Source: a virus
DNA: 64,000 nucleotides
Strand: one strand, 5' to 3'
Virus record (IMG/VR): IMGVR_UViG_3300048883_000431
Span: 1-64,000 of that record
The notes beneath the pieces are model-generated. The model saw nothing but the letters and a program-made list of their open reading frames with translations. It ran no database searches and was not told where the DNA came from. Position 1 is the stretch's first letter, and every line of letters begins with the position of its first letter. Made by a program: the position numbers and the translations under genes. Positions 46,501 through 54,651 of the stretch are shown piece after piece.

Positions 46501-49500
46501 GGATGTTCGGGGGCGGGAACCTCACTGGCGCGAAGCTGGGTCCCGTTGGCGAGGCGGCGCTCACCAACCTGACTCAGATTTTCCAGGGACTCGACGTGGG
46601 CACACGTCTCGGTGGGGTCGGGGGTGTGGACAGCGACCAGCGGAAGCGCGTGGCGAACCGAGTCGAGCAGTTGATGAGCTCGCTGGGTCCATCGGTGGAG
46701 CAGGGCATCCTGACGGAAAGAGCGGCGGAAGGTATTCGCGGGCAGTCCGTGGCCTTCATCTCGGGGGATCGAAACGAGGCGATGCGCGCCGTCAGCCAGA
46801 TGCTCGACATCCTCTCAGAGGGCGTGGAGAACGCGGCCCCCGACGCGACCAAGGCGTTCATGTTCGACCTCTTCAATGACCTCCGGGAGTCGGCCCTCCG
46901 TGCATTCGTCGACGCCGGGGGAAGAACCGGGGGAAGCGGCCTCGACCCGACCAAGACCCTGAAGGAGATCATCGAGTCGCGGCGTCCCGGCGGGCAGCGT
47001 TCCTTTGACATTCCCATACCCTTCACCGAGGCGTCGCGGCGCGGGCGCGCTGCGCTCAGTGGCAGTATCGTGCCCCTGGGCGGCATCAAGGCCGCGACGG
47101 CGCAGGCAACGCTGGCCGAGACGCTGGCGAAAATGGTCATCGAGGGCGAGGGTATCGCCAAGTCCAACACGGAACTACAGGGACTCACGGCGGCGTTCAT
47201 CAAGGGTGAGCGTGCGAGGCTCGCCCAAGAAATCCTCGACATCAGGGAGCTCACGCAGCTCAAGGTCACTGCCAAGGAGCAGGCCATTGAGGAAGCGCGC
47301 ATCACGGAGCTCATCAGGAAGGCCACCACGAAGTCTAAGCAGACCGAGCTCGACATCTCCGAGACGACCAACAGTATCATCCGCAACCGGGTGAGCACGT
47401 TCGCGCAGTCCGCTGGTAACCGTCCGGTGGGTAAGCTGGGTAAGGTCGTCGAGGGACTCCAAGCGGATGTCCTGACTCGCGAGGGCGACCTGAGCGCCCA
47501 AGTCCTCGCCGCACAGCAGAAGGAAGTCGAGGCACGCCTCGCCTCGGAGTCCGCCACAGCACGTAAGGCGGTCGCCGACTTCCAGGCCACCATCTCGACC
47601 ACCGTCAAGGGGTTCACCGAGGAGCTGTCCGACCTACGCGCGGCGATCCGCGAGAGCGACAACGAGACCGGCGAGACGGTCACCGCCCTCTCCGACGGCA
47701 TCACGGAGATGACGGAACTTCAGACGCGTGCGGCTGCTAAGGCCAAGGAGCTGGAGACGCTGATCACCAACGACCTCTCCAAACTGATGACCGGCGACAT
47801 CCCGGCCGCCGTGAAGGCGATGCTAACGACCCTGTTCGCCGTCACCGACACCGTGGGCGACGATGTGCGTGCGCGTGAGTCCCGGTTCCCGGCTCTGTTC
47901 CGCGCTGGCAGCACCGGCTCCGAATCGTCCCTGCGGAACCTCGGCGACGCGCGTACGCGCACGGCCGACAAGCAGGGCGACTTCGCACGACTGTTCAATC
48001 TCACCGGCTTGGGCGACATCTCGGGAATCTCGGGACTGTCCGCCGGGCGGCGTCAGCTCGAAACGCAGGCCAGTGGATTCGAGAACGCGGCGGGGCCGCT
48101 GCGCAAGGTCGCAGACCTGGGCGAGGCTCGTGCGGCGAAGGTCCTGGACCTAATGAACCAGGCGACCAGGGCCGGTAGGGGACAGGGCGACGAGTTCATG
48201 GAGCTCGCCAACATCTACAATTCCCTAGAGGAAGAGTCCGAAAAGCTCCGAGAGGAGTTGGCAGCCCTACAGGTGCAGGCGGACGCGACGCGCGTCACGG
48301 GAACCGACCTTCTGGCGGATTCGGCAACGCGACTTGCGGGAGCCCTCGGAACGAACGCAGCCCGCGCAGCGCGGGAAGCATCCCGTAGCCTGGAGGCACT
48401 CACCGGCACCCCGGAGAAGATGGACCGTCTCCGCGCGATCATGGGCGGACGGGCAGCGGACGTCTCCGCGAACCTCGGCGGACGTGGGGATGAGTTTGCG
48501 TTCGGGTCGCCCGCCGAGGTCGACCGCCGCCGCCTTACCCTGGAGACCCAGGTCGAGCAGCTCACGAAGCGGCGCGACGCACTCATCACGAGCACGCGGA
48601 CTGCCAAGGAAGGCGGCGCGTCGAGCGAGTCTCTGAGCGGCGTACGCGCCCAGACACACGAGTTGTCGCGCCAAATCCTGACCCGTCAGGTGATCTTGGA
48701 CGACCTTCTCGTCCAGTCGGACGCTATCCGCGCTTCCATCGTCGCTGGTGACTTCGCCAAGCTCGACATGGACATCCAGAAGGTCGTGGAGTCGGGGAGC
48801 GTCGAGACCATTACCCGCAACATGGGCTTCCTCAACGATGTCCTCGACGAGATGAACGACTTGACCGATGACGAGCGTGGCGGGATCAAGAAGCTGATCG
48901 ACGATCTCGATGGCGCGAAGAAGGCTGCACAGAACGCACGCGAACTCGCCGACGAACTCAAGCGCATCAAGAGTGTGTCGTCCGCCCGACAGGGCGCAAT
49001 ACGCGCCGTGGGCAGTGTGGCTGGCGGGAGGGCCGGTAGTGTGCTTGGCTCGATTGCGGGCATCGTGGGGGGCGTTACCTCGTTCTCCAGCATCGCGGCT
49101 ACGCGCACGGCGTCCCACGAGAGTAACCTCGCCGAGCGGGACGCCGGAACAATCAACCAGGGAACCTTCACCAACAACGAGTCCGCCATCAACACTGTCG
49201 CCACCATGGGCAAGATCGCGGCCGGGGCGGAGCTTGTCGGGCAGGGCATCAGCATCGCCACCACGGCCTGGTCGATGTTCAACGCGCGTGCTGAGGCAGC
49301 CAAGCAGAAGGTGCGTGAGATTCAGGAAGCCGCCAACGCGATGGGTGACGCCATCGCAGGTGGCATCGCGGCGGGCTTTGATGAGGGAGCGCAGTCGTTC
49401 GACGACTTCATGCGCAACTTCCTCCTGAACGAGTTTAGAACGAACCTCGCGGAGACTGTGCTGGAGACGTCAGGGATACGCGCGTTCACCGACGACCTGG

Positions 49501-50195
49501 CGGCCACCAAGACCCTCCTCGCGGATACGACCGACAGGGTTGACGAAATCCTTGTGCAAAACAAGGGACTCAACAAGTCCATCACCCCGGACGTCCTGAC
49601 TAACCTCAGCAAACTGGACCCGGCACTACTGCAGAACGCTAAGAACCTCACGGCACTCCAACGCCTAACCATCCTCAAGAACGCGGGGGCCGTACTACCA
49701 CAGAATGAGTTCGGGGATACGATCCCCCAGGGGACGACGGAATTCCTACAGACCCTCGGAAACGAGTTGGCCACGCGTGCGAAGCTCGGTGGGCAGCTCC
49801 AGGACGCGGCCGGGGAGGTCGAGGGGTTCAGCGAGGCCATCGCGGGTGTCCAGCCGATCTTCGACGGGTTCCGGGAGGCGCTGGGACTGAGCACTGGCGC
49901 GGTGAAGGGCGTGTCCGAGATCGCGACGTCCACGTTCCGCGCTGTCACCGAGCCACAGGCGAACCTGTTGCTCAGTGCCACCATCGAGATGCGCGACCTG
50001 CAGGTCCAGATCGAGTTCAACACACGGCGCACTGCGGAGGTCCTCACACACGACATCCTCGGCGCGCTGTTGGCGAACGGGTTCAACGCGGGCGCAAGAG
50101 AGCCAGAGGACGTTCCGACAACCCCCGCAAACCTGAAGCTCGGTGACCTGAAGCAGGGGGCCGAGCAGGTCCAGAACGGTCAGGGAGTCCTCTGA
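43527..50195 (+). CDS. Tape measure protein
   Basis: 2222 aa, Ala/Glu/Leu helical, GIAKQEVEILDELGI motif, follows the chaperone pair. Confidence 0.92.
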   Translation: MALVRIAIQAHSTGFDKAARDVNRAVTDAENALTQHAQGALANLERQADNALIAVRGVTAKISQEGKIEDLPRAFEEATRTFKDFAEASRGGVQNLKLMKQTINGITFEFDAMANAAENVGRTFTAAGQKAVDQARDQLELEEKIIRARERSAQAFTASRAQIDRAGGVLASDMGQQAAINDPAVQAARIASGQARARQTTAADALAVGQGTIGRGEHVADVRKEIRVQTELNRKMAKALALQEQLNDAFNFGNRTAATRAKTKALNKQNVELREGQDRVVALRKAVVSLDRVLEEGDTEVDALTHSMEFLTAESGKAAKKLASLQIALDRLNVKGGGSKVDRQALKEKIEEQQALLRSIEKVRRTGLGGSIPGPGARPFGDLESKSLRELQVEIDKLDKKNQKAADSTQELRTEIHELRGEELEKADEAVRVLDRRLTDVAETIETKDVTALRKLELALERSSKEFDDLRIKADKAEDKLRIALEAGIEEPARQAEKELKDLEKQLDRVTTAGERTTREMRELALSTIRSGGDVSNIDAPGFRKEGTGGGRGGGGRAQRGTVDFTDVKREVDKKNPFGGFSRFGSKVLIITGLVYTALGLAQAAFRGFTFAANSVAKAERFSDTLNTYINLSEESGTGLESLGRVFNALGGTVDRFSVVTAAAKARMSGLAEETIPQIAQAARILSRAVGVEVTEAFDRLSRGIAKQEVEILDELGIIVRLNDALEKWALKNGRTVESLSAQERQVAFANEVLGVLAARYAQIGTQMTRTSDKLDIFKARWADLSITMSHGLRGWAAVGLGLGNFAANILEGVFPATLKMKTRMELLDSVVQNFGTSLEGVMGRRGTIADAIAQIELMSAGIRAASPGSLLYQERLDEMNRVLGKMVVTFPELNTVIRSTNFLLKGSTDELRNSLIVLQSEFEVLRKASNEKRGKAFASLQLEIVILTEQLQGAIEKRDDLFLSAPFEFKAMAKARNEVALLTNELSSLQGMFGGGNLTGAKLGPVGEAALTNLTQIFQGLDVGTRLGGVGGVDSDQRKRVANRVEQLMSSLGPSVEQGILTERAAEGIRGQSVAFISGDRNEAMRAVSQMLDILSEGVENAAPDATKAFMFDLFNDLRESALRAFVDAGGRTGGSGLDPTKTLKEIIESRRPGGQRSFDIPIPFTEASRRGRAALSGSIVPLGGIKAATAQATLAETLAKMVIEGEGIAKSNTELQGLTAAFIKGERARLAQEILDIRELTQLKVTAKEQAIEEARITELIRKATTKSKQTELDISETTNSIIRNRVSTFAQSAGNRPVGKLGKVVEGLQADVLTREGDLSAQVLAAQQKEVEARLASESATARKAVADFQATISTTVKGFTEELSDLRAAIRESDNETGETVTALSDGITEMTELQTRAAAKAKELETLITNDLSKLMTGDIPAAVKAMLTTLFAVTDTVGDDVRARESRFPALFRAGSTGSESSLRNLGDARTRTADKQGDFARLFNLTGLGDISGISGLSAGRRQLETQASGFENAAGPLRKVADLGEARAAKVLDLMNQATRAGRGQGDEFMELANIYNSLEEESEKLREELAALQVQADATRVTGTDLLADSATRLAGALGTNAARAAREASRSLEALTGTPEKMDRLRAIMGGRAADVSANLGGRGDEFAFGSPAEVDRRRLTLETQVEQLTKRRDALITSTRTAKEGGASSESLSGVRAQTHELSRQILTRQVILDDLLVQSDAIRASIVAGDFAKLDMDIQKVVESGSVETITRNMGFLNDVLDEMNDLTDDERGGIKKLIDDLDGAKKAAQNARELADELKRIKSVSSARQGAIRAVGSVAGGRAGSVLGSIAGIVGGVTSFSSIAATRTASHESNLAERDAGTINQGTFTNNESAINTVATMGKIAAGAELVGQGISIATTAWSMFNARAEAAKQKVREIQEAANAMGDAIAGGIAAGFDEGAQSFDDFMRNFLLNEFRTNLAETVLETSGIRAFTDDLAATKTLLADTTDRVDEILVQNKGLNKSITPDVLTNLSKLDPALLQNAKNLTALQRLTILKNAGAVLPQNEFGDTIPQGTTEFLQTLGNELATRAKLGGQLQDAAGEVEGFSEAIAGVQPIFDGFREALGLSTGAVKGVSEIATSTFRAVTEPQANLLLSATIEMRDLQVQIEFNTRRTAEVLTHDILGALLANGFNAGAREPEDVPTTPANLKLGDLKQGAEQVQNGQGVL

Positions 50196-50216
50196 ACTCC
50201 GCCGTCTAACCTGGAG

Positions 50217-50245
50217 TTCGCAAAACGGAGCGCGCGTGCTATAAT
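50217..50245 (+). promoter_or_regulatory. Sigma70-type promoter
   Basis: TTCGCA-17 bp-TATAAT with TG extension. Confidence 0.6.
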
Positions 50246-50302
50246 AGATGGGGGACAGTCGCCAGTGGCCTTGCCCGAAACACCTTGTATGGGAGTTGTC
50301 CA

Positions 50303-50389
50303 ATGGCGAGTCCAGAGGAACGCGACGTTGTCGTAAACCAGATCACGGTGCCTACGTTCACCGCAGATGTATGGAATGAGTTGTCGTAA
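50303..50389 (+). pseudogene. 28-aa truncated paralog of the N-terminus of 468..1859
   Basis: MASPEERDVVVNQITVPTFTADVWNELS*; 15/24 identical to MAQPDERDILLSQTTVPTFTANVY; TAATG overlap with next gene. Confidence 0.75.
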
Positions 50390-51531
50390 TGGCGAACCTG
50401 GCGTGGACCAACGCGGGGATACCCGTATCCTACAAGATCAACGGCGTCAACATCCGCGAGGAGTTCGGGGTTGAGATGTCGTTGCCCAACGCCCTTATGC
50501 CCGGCGTTCGCGGACGGACATCCAATCCCTCCCAGACGCACGGGGAGGTTGACAGCGGGGCCTTCTACGGCACACGCCAGTTCTCGGTGACCGGGCGGAT
50601 CATCGCCACAACCCACGCGTTGTTCACGTCCCAGATGGACGAGTTCACCGCGTGGCTTCGACTGGAGGACAACCTCCAGCAGTTCTCGCTTCGGGGGCGC
50701 ACCCTATCGGGTATGCGACTGGAGATCGCGGGTCACGGGCTGGCGGAGCCCAGGACCCTCATCGTCACCTACAGTGGCAATGCCACGATCAGCCCGATCT
50801 CCACCGCCCACTTCAAGGGGCGTGCGTACGACTTCGGGTTGGGGCTGAAGGCGTCCTACCCGTTCTGGCTCACCCAGGAGGAGACGGACGCCCACAGGGA
50901 CACGAGCGCTCACCAGTGGATACGGGTACCGAAGGACACGTCGGGGGCCTTGGGCACGTCCCAAACATACCCCGAATACACACTCGACGGGCCGGTAAGC
51001 GGAGCGAATGTCACCATCGCGCACGGGCGATTCGGACTGAGCGTTCGGTTCAACGACCTGTCGCTGGCGGAGTCGGGTAACGGACTGGCGTTCACCGCGA
51101 CCAACATCTACGGTGACTCGACAGTGGGGACGTTCCAGAACCAAGTGGAGCTCACCGCTGTTGCGTCGACGGAGGGCGAGGGCTCGGGGGAGAGCGTGGG
51201 GCTGCACGGGTCGGCAAGCGGCGGGTCCGGCTCACTCATCAAGCTCCCCATCCGAAACGCGCAGTCACTGGCCGTGAACCCGAATGACTCGCAGGACGCG
51301 GACTACTTCAACGGCGCAGTCGGAACCTTCGGGTGCTTCTTCAAGCCTAACTTCGACATCATAGCGGGCGTGCAGGACAGCGAGAAGCGTAACGTCCTCC
51401 TAAACCTGGGTGCGGCCACGGCGGCGAACAACATGCAGATACGGTTCGCGGATTCGTCGGACAAGCGTGTTGTGGAGCTAAGGACGGTTAACGGCGCGGG
51501 GACGGTCCTGAGCAAGACGAATAACTCGTAA
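50389..51531 (+). CDS. Distal tail protein (Dit), N-terminal part, ending in a half LamG domain
   Basis: INGV...FGV..P....G.VDSGAFYGTRQFSV...YPFW...PEYTLDGP; ends GTFGCFFKP... Confidence 0.7.
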   Translation: MANLAWTNAGIPVSYKINGVNIREEFGVEMSLPNALMPGVRGRTSNPSQTHGEVDSGAFYGTRQFSVTGRIIATTHALFTSQMDEFTAWLRLEDNLQQFSLRGRTLSGMRLEIAGHGLAEPRTLIVTYSGNATISPISTAHFKGRAYDFGLGLKASYPFWLTQEETDAHRDTSAHQWIRVPKDTSGALGTSQTYPEYTLDGPVSGANVTIAHGRFGLSVRFNDLSLAESGNGLAFTATNIYGDSTVGTFQNQVELTAVASTEGEGSGESVGLHGSASGGSGSLIKLPIRNAQSLAVNPNDSQDADYFNGAVGTFGCFFKPNFDIIAGVQDSEKRNVLLNLGAATAANNMQIRFADSSDKRVVELRTVNGAGTVLSKTNNS

Positions 51532-51540
51532 GGATTTGCC

Positions 51541-53841
51541 ATGGCCAAGTCAGCTTCCACTTACCAGGGCTTCCAGGTCCCGGCACTTCAGACCGACACC
51601 ATTGGGTTTGACGACGACTTCGCTGCGTTCAAGACCCACCTCGACGCCGCCCTATCCAGCCACGCCTCGAACATCTCGGGGTCTGCGAACGCGGCGGGCG
51701 GGACCTCCTACGCCAGCAACGCGGGCAAGATTCTCTCGGCGTCGGCGAGCTCTCCGAGCCCTCTAGGACGAGTCTTCCCCCTCTCCGCGAGCACCGACTC
51801 GATTCTGATGTTCCAGGAGAACCCTGGCGGCAACACTGCGGGTAACGACAAGTGGGTCATTGGGTACGACGACTCCAGCGGCTTCTTCGCCATCCACGAC
51901 GCAGCGACTATACCGACGACCATCCGCGACGCGCGGGTGAGCATATCTGCTAACGCGATGTACGTGACGACCAACGACTCGGGCGCGACGGTCAACTCGA
52001 ACTACGACGATCTCGTCGTGGAGGTCGCCGCCACCGGGGGGATCACCATACTCGGCCCGGACGCGACCGAGTTGGGGCTTGTGTTCGGAAACGTCACGCA
52101 GCCAATCAACGCTGCCATCACGATGCAGTCTAACGACAAGCTACGGATGTTCACGTCAGTAGACGACGGCGAGATTAAGTTCGCCACCGACGTGGACTCG
52201 CTGGCCATGACCATCGACAAGAACCAGCATGTCGTCGTCCACAGCGGGTCGCTCACGGTCATTAGGAGCGGTATCCAGTCGGGATCGGACGTCAATATTG
52301 GCGCGGACGACTTGGTTATCGACGCCTCCAACAGTGCCGGGATGTCGATACTTACGAAGGCGAACTTCAGCGCCAGCGTATTCCTCGGGGCCAACGGCTC
52401 GGCTAATGACGCGGCGCGCATACAGTGGGCGGACGACGTGGACCTCTTCCACATAGGCACGAACTACGCTGGCGCTGAGGTCCGACTACGAACGGACACC
52501 AACACCCTCGCTTTGACCCTTGGGTCGGACCAGTCCGCCACGTTCGTAGGGGACGTCGTTGCGGAATCCAACCTTGACGTCGAAGGGTATGCGGCCATCG
52601 GGGACGGGTCCTCCCTCGACGCGGACTGGACCCTGACCGTCGACCGCGACTTCTCGTCCACCACAAACCCCCGTATGCTCAACATCCGTGGGATTATGAC
52701 GGTGACGGCCGGGACAAGCAACCTCTACGGTCTGTTCGCTGACACGTCCATGGTTATCAACTCCGCGTCGGCGGAGGTCCACCCCGAGGTCGCGCAGTTC
52801 TACATCTCGGACCCCGACATCTCCCTGGGGGGCACGTCGCCGGGAACCCTTACCCTGGCCGCAACCCTCCTCGTTGACGGTAAGCCCACCGAGGGTACGA
52901 AGAACGCAGGGATTTGGGTGCAGTCGGGAAGCTCCACTGCCACGCCCGACACCGGGGCCAACACCCTCGTCATCGAGGGGTCCGATCCCGACGGGACGGG
53001 GGCTAGCATACTCTCAGCCAACGGTAAGGAGTCGCGACTGTACTTCGGCTCCCCCGCTGACGGGAATGGGGCTCGAATTACCTGGGGGTATAACGCTGGG
53101 TTGCTATCCATCGCGAGCTATGTGAGCGGGGCCAATGTCGAACTCTTCAGTGGTACAGGGACGGCGGGCATAACGATTGCGGGCAACAGCGGCGACGTGA
53201 CCGTAGACGGCACGACCACCTCGACCGGCGACATTATCGCTGGCGGGGACATCGGGCTTTCCGGCGATCAGGACCTGATCTCCTTGGCGGCGAACCTGGT
53301 GACCGTCAACGGCGCGCTCACGACGACCGGCGTCATCACGACGGCGGACGACCTGATCGTCGATGGAACCAACATCGGGATCACCACAGACCTCGACCTA
53401 ATCACACTCGCGCTGAACTTGCTCACCGTGACGGGTGCCCTGACCGTCTCCCTCGACCTCATCGTGGAGGGGGGCGACATCGGGATCGCCGCCGACACCG
53501 ATCTCCTTGCTCTGGCGGCCAACGCGTTCACGATCAACGGTGCCGTCACCCAGGTCGGCGCGTTCCTCACCTCCCTGGCAGGCGATCTCCTCGTCGACGG
53601 TGGCGACATCGGCATCACGGGGGATACCGACCTCATGCAGCTCTCCAGCGCGGCGCTAACCGTGAACGGCAGCCTAAGCGCCACATCGTTCGTATCGACG
53701 CCCCTCATCTCCCTCACGGGTTCCACCGGGGACTACCTCCAGTTTGACGCGGAAGGCACGGCCCCCAACACCGCCGCCGGAAGCGTTAAGGTGGATGTTG
53801 GCGGGGCGGTTCGGTATCTCATCACATACTCTTCGCTGTAA
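51541..53841 (+). CDS. Tail fibre/receptor-binding protein with beta repeats
   Basis: (D/N)(D/T)LV(I/V).....G.(S/T)IL repeats x3 and G.(D/N)IG...D.DL..L....(L/F)TV.G repeats x4. Confidence 0.7.
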   Translation: MAKSASTYQGFQVPALQTDTIGFDDDFAAFKTHLDAALSSHASNISGSANAAGGTSYASNAGKILSASASSPSPLGRVFPLSASTDSILMFQENPGGNTAGNDKWVIGYDDSSGFFAIHDAATIPTTIRDARVSISANAMYVTTNDSGATVNSNYDDLVVEVAATGGITILGPDATELGLVFGNVTQPINAAITMQSNDKLRMFTSVDDGEIKFATDVDSLAMTIDKNQHVVVHSGSLTVIRSGIQSGSDVNIGADDLVIDASNSAGMSILTKANFSASVFLGANGSANDAARIQWADDVDLFHIGTNYAGAEVRLRTDTNTLALTLGSDQSATFVGDVVAESNLDVEGYAAIGDGSSLDADWTLTVDRDFSSTTNPRMLNIRGIMTVTAGTSNLYGLFADTSMVINSASAEVHPEVAQFYISDPDISLGGTSPGTLTLAATLLVDGKPTEGTKNAGIWVQSGSSTATPDTGANTLVIEGSDPDGTGASILSANGKESRLYFGSPADGNGARITWGYNAGLLSIASYVSGANVELFSGTGTAGITIAGNSGDVTVDGTTTSTGDIIAGGDIGLSGDQDLISLAANLVTVNGALTTTGVITTADDLIVDGTNIGITTDLDLITLALNLLTVTGALTVSLDLIVEGGDIGIAADTDLLALAANAFTINGAVTQVGAFLTSLAGDLLVDGGDIGITGDTDLMQLSSAALTVNGSLSATSFVSTPLISLTGSTGDYLQFDAEGTAPNTAAGSVKVDVGGAVRYLITYSSL

Positions 53842-53851
53842 GGATTTACGC

Positions 53852-54181
53852 ATGGCAAAGTTCCTATCGGGATACGCCTTCACGGTAAAGGCTACCCTCG
53901 GACCTGACGGGGACACCCGTGTGGTGAGGGTTCGGGCGAGCTACACCCTGGCCGACACCGAGGACGAGCGTCTCAGTACCAAGCGCGACCTCGACCTTGT
54001 ACTGTCCACCGATCCTAGATCGGCGGACGTGGGCGAGAAGGGCCTCGACATCGAGCCCCCGGATGCGGCGATTGAACGGGGCATCGTGTCCGCCATTGAG
54101 AGGTCCATACGTAGGGCGTCCAAGGGGATGGAGTCCCTGCCAATACTTGACGACGAGAAGGAGCCTGTGGCGAGGGGATGA
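53852..54181 (+). CDS. Hypothetical protein (tail-fibre associated)
   Basis: TAAGGA SD, MAKFLSG start. Confidence 0.55.
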   Translation: MAKFLSGYAFTVKATLGPDGDTRVVRVRASYTLADTEDERLSTKRDLDLVLSTDPRSADVGEKGLDIEPPDAAIERGIVSAIERSIRRASKGMESLPILDDEKEPVARG

Positions 54182-54238
54182 GTTGCCGAACGACGTTCCC
54201 CCGAGGTATAGTTCTGCCACACACCACAGGAGCTCCGA

Positions 54239-54649
54239 ATGAAACCCCTCACGATTCCGCTGTCGCGCCTGATCTTTGGTGAGGGGGATGGCCAAGTCGT
54301 ACAGCAGAACGACGCGGTCATAGCCCTTCGCTTCGCGCAGCTTTTCGACTACCTCAAGCACAGTATGGCGGAGAAGCGCGCCGCAATCGAGCTTCGGGAC
54401 GAGGCCACCCGTGCTGTCGACGGGGAGCTGGACACCCTGGAGCTCTCCAAAGACGCGGTCAGACTACTGAGTAAGATCTGCGAGTCCCCGATGGACCATC
54501 TCAAGGAGAAGACGGCGGTCGGCGCGGAAGGAATCGACGTCAAGGAGGGATTCCTCAACACCGACACCGCCCAATCCGCTATACTCAGTCTGGAACCAGC
54601 CTGCAAGGCCGCGCTGGGGGAAGAGGTAGCTACCACGGAGGCTGAGTAA
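54239..54649 (+). CDS. Hypothetical helical protein (possible fibre chaperone)
   Basis: AGGAG SD, 136 aa. Confidence 0.55.
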   Translation: MKPLTIPLSRLIFGEGDGQVVQQNDAVIALRFAQLFDYLKHSMAEKRAAIELRDEATRAVDGELDTLELSKDAVRLLSKICESPMDHLKEKTAVGAEGIDVKEGFLNTDTAQSAILSLEPACKAALGEEVATTEAE

Positions 54650-54651
54650 CC

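Noticed and set aside
43543-50303. Many long antisense and alternate-frame ORFs (also elsewhere, e.g. 16662..17642, 20155..21048, 28347..29282)
   Set aside because: Shadow ORFs expected from high-GC codon bias opposite real genes; no SD or recognisable motifs
51541-53841. Diversity-generating retroelement or shufflon acting on the fibre repeats
   Set aside because: No reverse transcriptase or recombinase in the window; repeats are degenerate protein repeats, not adenine-specific TR/VR pairs
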